64,000 nucleotides of DNA from Balanoglossus misakiensis. Taxonomy: Eukaryota; Animalia; Hemichordata. The stretch spans positions 4,862,137 through 4,926,136 of the forward strand of contig CM082595.2 of NCBI GenBank assembly GCA_040954595.2, read 5' to 3'. Made by a program: the position numbers and the translations under genes. Every line of letters starts with the position of its first letter. Within the stretch, counting starts at the first letter, position 1. Of this stretch, positions 28,441 to 38,717 are shown one piece after another. Under the pieces are notes generated by a model, which saw nothing but the letters and a program-made list of their open reading frames with translations, made no database searches and had not been told where the DNA came from.

Positions 28441-29603
28441 GTCCTACACGCACGTCAGTGCAGTTATCTCAGATGTCACGTGAACATACACCATGCTATT
28501 ACGAACACGAACGTTACCCGTTTGTTACACACGCAATTGTGATAGTGTAGCTTCTACTATTCTGCTAAGGGGACGTGGATAATTTAACCGACATTTCTTC
28601 ATTGAGAGGGGACTGTAGGCTCACTTTCGAGTTCAGTTTTGAGTCAGTTAATTTCAGCTTCTTCGCGATTAACACCTACCATAAAATGATTGAAATGACG
28701 AGGTTGAAGTCAAACTCTCAATCCGTTTTTTTTATCGTTTTGGTTATCATATGCACGAGTAACCAGCGCCATGCACTTGTTGTGTATACATAGTGTAGTA
28801 CCTCTCAATGATGTATAGTTACGGCCCTTGTCAGCTTTAATCACCGAGAGAGGACAAGGCAAGGCTTTCAGCTGAACCTTCTTCGGGCTAATTCGGTGCA
28901 GAACGTTATTGTGGAAAGTTTCACTGGCTAATCATTATTCTTTTCGTATGTAAATCAGGAACAACGCAGATGACGTTCAGAGGGTAGAGAAACCTGCGCG
29001 GGGGCCACGTGATGTTGTTTCGTTGGTTTGAAGTTTAGAGAGGCGAATAAAACTAACCTGCGACGATAGGTTACGAGAACAGAACAGCATGCAAATAGAA
29101 ATCCACAATCTTAGCGGCTGTTGCTACATGTGCGGTATTGTTGGAGTATGAGAGTTTTGCTGAGATTAATGCCACACGTCCCGAGGTGGGGAATTATGCA
29201 AATTAAAGTGTATAAGAGGCTCAAATATGGTCGTCTTGTTGCTTCTGTCGTGTTATGCTTTCACAAACAAACCGGTAAAAACAATCATAGGAATTGTCTT
29301 AGTACTCGTTATGATCATGACGATACCCTTGGTGTGCGACATTCATTAATAACGCAAACACGTGCCAAGTTCAAGTTTGATGGCAGACTCGATTATCTCA
29401 AGCCCCGAATGAGGCACCATGTATTTGATGCATGGCAGGGGACAAAGTGTCACATTTAGGTAGACTTTTCCACCACTTCAAAGTCAAGCAAACTTCTCGA
29501 CACACCGGACTTACATCAAAAGTTTCGTTCGGAGTAAATGACATTGACGTCACGTTTACTTAAGACGGGATCGGAGATTAGTATCTGATCATCGTACTCT
29601 TAC

Positions 29604-29709
29604 CTGTCGTGGCCGCCGTTGAACACCCGACGACGAGGGATAAAACTCCCAGCGCGCCGATCAACAGTCGGAGAGCTCCTTGATCGCCATGACGGCGTCG
29701 TCGTCCCAT
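29604..29709 (-). CDS. Signal-peptide exon 1 of the giant mucin-like gene
   Basis: ATG at 29709 gives MGRRRRHGDQGALRLLIGALGVLSLVVGCSTAATT: basic n-region, hydrophobic h-region, small-residue c-region. It ends at donor G|gtaaga (intron GT at 29603), phase 1, compatible with the acceptor at 20995 (8.6-kb intron). Confidence 0.75.
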
Positions 29710-32700
29710 TTCACGTTCGTCGTCTCCCGTATAAATTTTGTCCTCCCCGCCGTTCTCGAAAGAAAGTTTGGTGAGAATCCACGCGCACACACAAAAAAAT
29801 ATTCGTACCGATCCGTTTAAGCGCGCTCACTAGTGATTCGTCATGTGTGCGACTTGGGAGATACAATAAAAAAAACCAAAGGCACGGTTGTGTGAAGGGG
29901 ATTAGAATATTCTTTTGAAATAGAGGCGTTGGCTGCCACCCATTCCGCCGCAACACCGGCCAATTGTCTGCCCTTGATGAGTGGACGTTAAATAATTCAA
30001 TAGCTTTACACACCTGCCGACGGAAGAAAACATGCAATTTCACAATACCACTTGCAAGGGAACACACATCACAGACATGTTCGTGAAGGTAATTTTTCCC
30101 CCGCTGTTTTGGCTTGGCTCACCCGTACAATCCTCACTTGTCCTGCGTTGAAAAGTCGCGGCCGAACAATAGTGGTGGTGATGGTGGTGGTGGTCCTCCA
30201 GAAAAAAAAATGGATTTGCCGTTCGTTCAGTGCGCGTTTTTCAAAGGATCCATCAACGACGGCTGTATGTATAACTACCCGTAGTACACTCCCCGGTAAT
30301 AGCACAGCGTCAACTCTGAGGTAACCTAAGCGGGTTGAAAGACGACACTCCCGGTCTAATCCATGGATGCCTCGCGGCTTTCCCTGGTGCGTCTTTTGTT
30401 GAAGGAAACTTCGGAATTCCGAATATATTTTTCTCTGTCGGGAGGGATCACAATAAGACGTCGATCCAGACCGAACCTTCGAGTGAAACGAAAAACTCAG
30501 CCACTAGACAGATGCCATTACGTGCACGCGACAAGTGGGGGAAGCGTGTAGCTTTACAGAAAAAGCGCAGTCGGAAACAGAACCATGGAAACATGCATAA
30601 TTAATGGTTTGTCGATTGTTACAGTTTAATGAGAGGTTGCGGAATGACTTTAAAAATCATTTATTTTCGTTTTCATTGGCGGGAGATGTCGTGTTCACAA
30701 CCATGCTTAGATTAAAGACAAGTCCCGGGACAATTGCTTGGTATTGTGGAGAAGAATTTGTCTTTGTGACAAGATCAAGTCCTGAAATATAACAATATTG
30801 GTTTGCATTCACGGTCACTGGGTTTATAAAGAGAACTTGAGAACGGTCTTTAGTTCCCCTCGCCCTGTAGGGTTAATGGGGTCTTGTTTCCGCCCACCCT
30901 CCCCAACTTATTATTTTCCACCGTCTTTGATGGTCTTGTGGTCAATGTGCATTTCTGAGTAGGATTTGTGATGAATAACGACATTGGTTTTACGTAACGA
31001 AGAGATCCAAAATTTATGGATGCCCCCCGTAGGAACAGCGCACGACGCACTTTTGGAACTCGTAGGTATTATAGAGATACATTCTATTTCCCATGATCCT
31101 CCATTCTTCGGCCGCTCTTGCTGCGCTCGCTATGATGAAACGAACTGCAACGTATGCAAATGTTCATGTATTCCCAGTATTACCTGTGCACTGCGTTGGA
31201 AATCATAATAAAATAATCAAGTTCTAAAATGGCAGAGTAAGAATATCTTCTTTATTCTTCTATGTTTTAACCGTAAGAGTGGATATCGGGCCCGGGGGAA
31301 GGGCTACTATCCTGTAAGGGGGCAGGTTGTACGGGGGACTTGTCCTAGAACAGTATACAATCAGAACGATGTTTGTTCTGCAGAGCCGAAAAAACAACGT
31401 TTATTTTTCACCATTCGTGACTTTTACTGTTACTTTATACTCCTGTGTAGTGATAAAATGGAGGCCGGAGCGAGAAAAGAGCATCCCATGGCGTGACAAC
31501 GTTAAAATGGGCGAGAAGGAAAACAAAACGAAGCGACGTCTTGTAAAACTGGTTACAATTACCACGCCGCACAATACAGGTCATGGCTCCGTACTTCTGG
31601 ACGCGAGCCGTTGCCGTCAATGTTTAGAGGAGGACTTGCATGTAAAAGCTGCCGTGTGCACAACCCGTGAAAACCCTCGGTGCATTTGTTTCTGTGGAAT
31701 TTGGGGCCGTCACGGTGGTTGGTTGGTGGTTTAATACAACCCCGGGCATGCGTGAAAGACCGAATACCGTGTCCAACGCACTCTCTCTCTCTGTCCATAA
31801 CCCCTTTTAATAGCTGACCGTTTAATAATATTGACCCTGGGCCGGGTCACATTCGTTTTACCTACTCACGAATGAGGTAGCCGCTTTGAAAAGAGGTGCT
31901 TCTTTCTCTGTAGTACGTACTCCCATGCGAAAATTGAGCACCGGTATACATAATCATATCTCTTATACCCGAGGTTACTTCAGGCAAATTGTGATTCAAT
32001 AGGAAAGGTCGCAGACCTCTACGACCTTCAAGATTCACGGAGCATGCAATCGTTGTTTTTCGCAGAAATCGTTCGCGCTTTTTTGCATTTCTCAGCGTTA
32101 ATACATGTAACTAGTGACCGGATTATTATAATATTTCAAACCTCTCTTGACCTCTTTCATATGGGTCGGTGTAACCTTGCTTTTTAAAGACTCGCCTGAT
32201 TTCGATCAATTGTACTGGGAACATGCATGCATTGAAGTTCGCTTTTGACTGTCGGAACAACACCTTTTCAACCTCATGTCAGAAGTGAGCTGTCGGACAA
32301 TTTTTAGCGTCAATGGATTCTTCTCTCAATCAGAGCTTTCAGACAGCAGTGATGTTTTCTTGAAAGGTGCGTTCGTTGTCAGCAAAATGTTTTCAGTATC
32401 TTGCCATTGGCCTTTTGTATGCCAGCTCAATGAAGACCAGGCCGCACCAACAAAAGTTCATGTACCCCCATTATGGGTTGCAGGAGGGTTTATTTTTAAC
32501 CTCAAGCGGTGATTTATAAACTTTTCGACGGCAGTGTGATCAGCGAGACAGAACGTCAAGGACATCGGTAAAATTGATTAACGACAGGGGACTACCCTTG
32601 CGTACCGCATGAGTTCCGTAGAATTTTTTGTCAGGGATCAGAAAACAAACAGATCAGAAAAGCCCAATACAGCACATTAATGTAGTGCAGTGTAGTGCCG

Positions 32701-32716
32701 TACATTACATTACATT

Positions 32717-32930
32717 ACAGTACAGTACAGTGTAGTGTCGTACAGTACAGTACAGTACAGTACAGTACAGTACAGTACAGTACAGTGTAGTACAGTACAG
32801 TACAGTACAGTGCAGTACAGTACAGTACAGTACAGTACAGTACAGTACAGTACAGTACAGTACAGTACAGTACAGTACAGTACAGTACAGTACAGTACAG
32901 TACAGTACAGTACAGTACAGTACAGTACAG
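32717..32930. repeat. (TACAG)n pentanucleotide microsatellite
   Basis: About 40 near-perfect units. Confidence 0.97.
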
Positions 32931-35266
32931 GGCTTACATATATGCATGTATGCGCGCATGCATGCAAAACGCGAGGCAAACTGCATCGAATGTCAAATTG
33001 TTGTTTTCCCCAATCTACAGGCGCTCCACCCTGAGACTTGGCAGAATCGGTGTTCTCCACCCATATTAAACACGCAGACGATATTATACGAGCGCACATG
33101 TTTATTCACGGTTGTATGACGTTGCCACTTACAGTTCTTTCACCAAGACCATTTTTGAGAAGTCGATACAAAGCAGTCTTCTGTGCTCGCGTAATTGACG
33201 CTGCCACGGTGCAAAGGATAAGCACACTTCCTTTCTGGATGTGTCGGCCACACCCTTGCCCTATACAAAGGACCCACCGCCCAGAAGACAAACATATTCC
33301 CTCAACTAGGCAATGAACGTACAGCCACAGGTCTGTTGTCACGGTTTCAACGGAGGGTAACAGTCAATGAGGGCGCGTCCCTTTTTGCTACCGGGATCCA
33401 CTCGGTGTAAGCCAACCGCACAGAAGTTAAGTGCGGTTACATTATGGGGGCGGGCCCGGGGCGTCGGTGGTCAAGTAGAATTCGACCCTGCCCATATCAC
33501 TATTGCTAAACCGTTCAACGTTACCTCACTCCCTAAGACAGGAATTAGACGTCGAATCACGAACAGAAATGAACGCCTCAGCGTCGAGTTACGAATAAAA
33601 TATTTCAGTTACTAGTATTCGTGACTCGCGTCTGTAATGGCAGATTTCTACAACAGAAACTCAAAAGTGGCCCCGCACAGGCCAAAAGACGTAAGAAAGG
33701 AGACCAGAAATATACCTCTGCCATTGTAGAAAAGCCTGTTGAGATCATAATATGAGACACATCTTAAGCAATGAACAGAAATCTTTTGCTTGGTCTCAAG
33801 TCTTATGTTTTCCAATTGCCCCCCCCCCCCCGCGACTTCTTTCGTAAAATGTGGCTGTCCCTTATTAGGTTTTAAAGTGCGGACCACTCACGGGCTCCTC
33901 GTTCTAACCCTCTATCATGGAATACTGAACACTCCCTTATGGGACTTCCCCTGCCGAGTATGGAATTACTGTTACCCATCCAGTGTGACGTGAAGTAAGC
34001 AAACATGTTATTTTTCTGTCTGTGGGTGTTTTGTGTTCAAAGAAGCGATCACGATGACGTGGATATTCGTCCTCTCTATCTCTGCCCACAGGCGCCGTTT
34101 CCAACACAGGCCATCCGACGCATAAATCATGTGACCGTCAAAACAGCGCACTGAGTGTACAATTTAAAGAACCCAAACTACCAACCAATCTGCCGGCCAT
34201 TAAATAAATCATTCCTTTCCTCTCTTCAATGTCGCGGATCTATAGCCCATGGAAGCGCAGTGGACAGTGACCAGATTCACCCGAGTCGAAACAGCGGTGG
34301 CGCTGTTTTCCGGTGGCTTATATCCCCCCCCCCCCTGAAACAGGGCTGAGGTATAAATCACATTTGATAAATATCAATATAAACGGACACTCTATCGAAA
34401 AAAAATATTTAATAACAAAAATAATGTTGAAAGTGAGCAACTTTGTCCCTTCTTTTAAATTGGCTGACTTTGTAAGGTATCAAAAGCCGCGGGAAACGTC
34501 CTTCCGGCGGCGCCACTCAACTCCGTCGTCGCCAGCTGAGGCAGTGGCGTTACTTAGACAAACACTTGAAATTTTTGAATTGCTTTTATTGCGGATATGA
34601 AAAGCGCCACCATGTGTAATTTTCTGCGTAAAATATCGTGGTATTTCCCGAATAACTTTGAAGAATGAAAATAATTTCCACTGACTTGAAGAACATAGAC
34701 AATTTATTTCGAGGTATCAAAACTTTGCAATACATGCAAAAAGACAAACTGAAGAAAATTGTAAACTCACAATGAAAAAGCAAATGTTAGCTGTTTTTAT
34801 TTGTTCTCATGTCTAAAAGAAACAGTTCATACAAGAGACTACGGAAATATAGAATTATCACATTATAGAGTTATATACAATCATATATGCTCTAAACGAC
34901 GTACGCCTTTAACATTTTGTTTGTACCGCTAATATAATTGCGCCGGTACACATGACGTGTCCTCTGAGATATATAACTTGAAATCCATTTTGAAGTCGAG
35001 ATTAATCTCAATGCTCTCGATGAAACATAATAGTTGTACGTTTGTATTGCAGCGATAAGAGTTTTTTTTATAATTGCGCCGCCAAGCGACGATGTTGTGC
35101 GCTGTTTTGTTTTTTTGTACGTTTGTGTATTATAATGCTCACTGACTTTTTCGTTAGCTCTAATTCATACACGATTATTCTTACTGTCAAGACTGTGCGG
35201 ATCCTGGATCCTTTAAAAATAGTATAAATACAGAAAATCCCGATTTCCTTTCCTTTTGAAAGTAAT

Positions 35267-35639
35267 TCACAGCGGCCATTGGCGTTCATCGAGATCCACC
35301 TGGACACCGAAGTCGACAAATGCCGGGTTGTCTAAGCTGTAGTCTTGTGGTTGGCCAACTTCCTGATTCGGTAATGCATTCTTCCGCCTGTTAATTAAAT
35401 TAACACACAATTTTAAAAAGTAAAAATGTACGAAGGAATGTTATTGAAACAGTAACCGCACAAATCTATTTATTATCTCACCTCTGCTCTCTATCCTTGC
35501 GTCGCTTGTATTCAAATGCAATGATTATGGTCAGAAAAACGAGCACGGCCATAATACACCCGGTCAGTAGATAAACGAGTGTATCTGAAACGAAAAAATA
35601 TAAGCATTACAACGGAGTCAGGCTCATGGCTTGGTTGTT

Positions 35640-35681
<42 letters not shown>

Positions 35682-37796
35682 TTGTATCTTTTATTGCGAA
35701 CGAGTTGGGCGAGAGAGTAGAGTCGGTGACAAGAACCGGCTGTGTGTCGGCAGCGCATGTGCGATATATTGTCCACTACGAGAATACGATACAATAGTGA
35801 CTGCACCTTCATCGGATGGTGTGCCCGCTTCGGTTGCCGTGGTTACTGTTGAATTGGCCTGGTTTGTGTTTGACTGCGTCGTGACGATTGTAACTTTTGT
35901 GCGCTCCTGGGGCCGAGTGGTGGCGCCTTCTTCTGCCGAAGTCGACGCAGCATCACTTGGCCCGACGACGGTCGTTAGAGCTGTCCAGTGATGAGTACTT
36001 CTGTCGGTACTGGCTGCTTGTGGTGACGTCATCGTTGACGTTGCTAGTTGAAACAAGAGTGAGGGAAACGGTTAACACCGTGATTGTGATAGTATTCATA
36101 AATCCAGGCAAAGATCAACCTCCAAACATTATTTTATATATTCGTCCCAGGGGACAAACGCCGCCTCGGGTGAGCATGCATGGACGCACCGACTGATGCG
36201 TGGTTAACGTTCTCGCATTGAATATTGGATATGTTTGTTGTTGTCTATGGTCCCCATTAAGAATTTCTTCCCAAAAGGAAATGCGAAAATCGGATAATAT
36301 ATCCTGCTACTACTTGTGACCAATCTGCGTATGAACATATCATTCATCTTGACAGGGACGTGTTCTAAATCTCAAGAGTCTGTCGATTGGCCGCCCATTC
36401 AAACCAGTCCCCGCCTCAGGGGTAAATAAGCTACCTTTTATATACTGTATACCATTATACACACGTTTAGTGGAACCACATGCAGAGTGAAACGTCCATT
36501 GTCTAAAGCCAAACGTCGAGGAAAGTGTTTGCAAAGCAGGTGACAAAGTGCCCGGCATGCGGCAGCTATGCACTAACTAGTTCACGGAGCCATTAGCTCA
36601 GTTGCTTGGTCATGTTTGTAGTCAAAAGAAAGAACTTATTTCTGAGACAGTCGGCCTCCTTCTTTTCATGAAGATCGATTTCTGACAACTTTCGCATATT
36701 TGTGTCGACGACAACCACCCCACCCCGACGGAAAATGATGTCTTTTAGCGATTTATAGCCACGGATGCACGCTATAATGTATGGTTCGGTGTCCGTTTGG
36801 AATATTGTCCGTTTCTGAATATTGGCTTTGAGAAAACATGCCTTTCTGCCAAGTCCAATATTTGCGCATGGTGTCCTGATTTTTGTCCGCGGAACTATGA
36901 CATTGCAGGTGTTCTCTTCTCAACGCCTAATATTGGTGTATGCGTATAAATTTTCCATGGTGCAGTTATATTGTTTCGTTGTCTATGCATAGACCCTGGA
37001 GGAAGCGTCTGTGGTCTATGCCTCATTTATAACTTATGGTGGAGCAGTTTATACTACCTCCACGGTCGGTTGATTTTGTTCGCCGACCCATAAGACCAAT
37101 GCATATTTACTTTCCCCTTGATCAGTCTTAGCATGGAGCTACCAGTACCGCAGTGGCTCCTGGACCCGTGGACCATGATCCTCGTAAAACAATTAAAATG
37201 ACGCAAACTCAAACCGGGCACCACTGAAACGAAACGGTTTGGTAGCGCAAAGAGTCCACTGGTGGTTTTTGTTGACGAAACCTGTTGGACGTTCTGTGAG
37301 GCTTATTCACTGCATGTGTCCACGGTCACTCCACACACCAACCACAGTTTCTAAGCTGCTCCATTCACAATACAACAATGCTTTTGGTTCACAAACGGAA
37401 TGTATGTCTTTTGAACGAGTCCTAGCCTGTGACGTGTATCCGTGCCTCCATTGTGCATAACACGTTAAGTGCCCCAGTCATGGTCGCGTAGGGCCTACCA
37501 GTACCACTATCCAATCTACCTCACCGACCTCCATATACTGTAAACTAACTCACAACAAGGAATAAGTGGGCAAATATGACGTTTGTACCGCACCACAAAC
37601 GTGTCCAGTTGTGAAATACATGTAACAATAGCTGGAGTTGGTATATAGGAAGGGAAGGTGTGCGGGAATCCCTCGGGCTGGGTCGACCCTCGCCCTACTT
37701 ACCTGCGGTGGTTGCAGCTGTGATCATCTGTTTTTCACACACCACACAAAACATCACAGCCATGATACAGACGAGGCGTTTCCTATACTCCATCAT
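35267..37796 (-). CDS. Small type I single-pass membrane sialomucin-like protein (184 aa, 4 exons)
   Basis: Exon 37703-37796: MMEYRKRLVCIMAVMFCVVCEKQMITAATTA, donor G|gtaagt. Exon 35807-36043: S/T-rich stalk ATSTMTSPQAASTDRS...TVTTATEAGTPSDE. Exon 35482-35584: DTLVYLLTGCIMAVLVFLTIIIAFEYKRRKDREQ, a TM helix plus basic stop-transfer. Exon 35267-35387: RKNALPNQEVGQPQDYSLDNPAFVDFGVQVDLDERQWPL*. All junctions are GT-AG with consistent phases 1/1/2; total 555 nt. The exon 2 donor (G|gtgcag) is the weakest site. Confidence 0.8.
35634..35683. repeat. (GTT)n microsatellite in intron 2 of the small sialomucin-like gene
   Basis: Interrupted GTT run. Confidence 0.9.
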
Positions 37797-37897
37797 CAGT
37801 CCCTTCCCTTCCTCGTGTGATTTTAAAACTTCAAGTGTAAAGGGCTAAAAGCCCTGGTGCATTCCCACCGCGTACCACAGTTCTAAATCCCCGTACC

Positions 37898-37905
37898 TAT
37901 TTATA
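37898..37905 (-). promoter_or_regulatory. Candidate TATA box of the small sialomucin-like gene
   Basis: TATAAATA on the minus strand about 100 bp upstream of ATG 37796; motif match only. Confidence 0.35.
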
Positions 37906-38651
37906 TTTCGCTCTCTATTTACATGGTAATTCACTTTTATGGTGCGCTTTGTTAAGTTGATGGGTCAAGGGCCAAAGTTAGTCTCTCTCTCTCCCTCTAT
38001 CCATAGGCCTACATGGCGCTTAATTAACGCCAAACACAGTCCCTCTAGTGCATGTAGTAGAAGGATTGTTGTCAAAAATAGGCTCGCAGATTTTAACATT
38101 TAAATGTAAGATAAAAAACGGGACTTTTCGTAGCAAGATGGCTAGGATACGAGATTAGGTTGTAGGGGTAATACTAGTCACGGTAACCGTGTACTAGTAT
38201 TCTTCTGCAAATTTTCAAAAGTAGCCGAACGATGAACATAATATTTTATGTATGCGATATCGCTTTTATACCCCCTTTCACGGGGAAATACATTTTAAAG
38301 GAATGAACACCTTGAAACGACACATTTCATGGTTTATTTGCTTATGGACAATTTTCAGTATAACTTTAATATAAAGGAGAGGGTAGATTCTCTATATGCA
38401 ATCGTGCAGAGGGCGACTGAAACGCCATCAACGGCAACAATACCTGTCCCATTTCAACGCAATATGGCGACATATTAATGTAATCGCGCTAATAATAGTC
38501 ATAATTTATGTAAACAATTACCATCGAACGATTGGCAGATTGCCATTGTTCTGCGATGTCAATATGGCCACATTATGTTTGCAATAAAACCCTGGGAATT
38601 TGAATAAAATATCTTCGCAGAAGGCATGTCCATTTCCTTGGTGTCAATTGC

Positions 38652-38680
38652 AGGTCATCTGAGGTCAAGTGGGCCAATCA
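38652..38680 (+). promoter_or_regulatory. Perfect DR4 nuclear-receptor-type element plus CCAAT box upstream of CLCN6
   Basis: AGGTCA-tctg-AGGTCA at 38652-38667, then gccaatca at 38673-38680, within 70 bp of ATG 38718. Function is inferred. Confidence 0.4.
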
Positions 38681-38717
38681 TAACATTGCCGTGCGTGCGC
38701 AGGAGGAGAGGTTCAAC

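Noticed and set aside
21200-29500. Nested gene in the 8.6-kb mucin intron
   Set aside because: Only short ORFs with no recognisable motifs or coherent exon chain; extra small mucin exons cannot be excluded.
32705-33099. CTVLY/STVQY repeat ORFs
   Set aside because: Translations of the (TACAG)n microsatellite.
29800-35000. Additional gene or RNA gene between the two mucin-like genes
   Set aside because: No recognisable protein motif, tRNA cloverleaf or consistent splice chain was found by eye.
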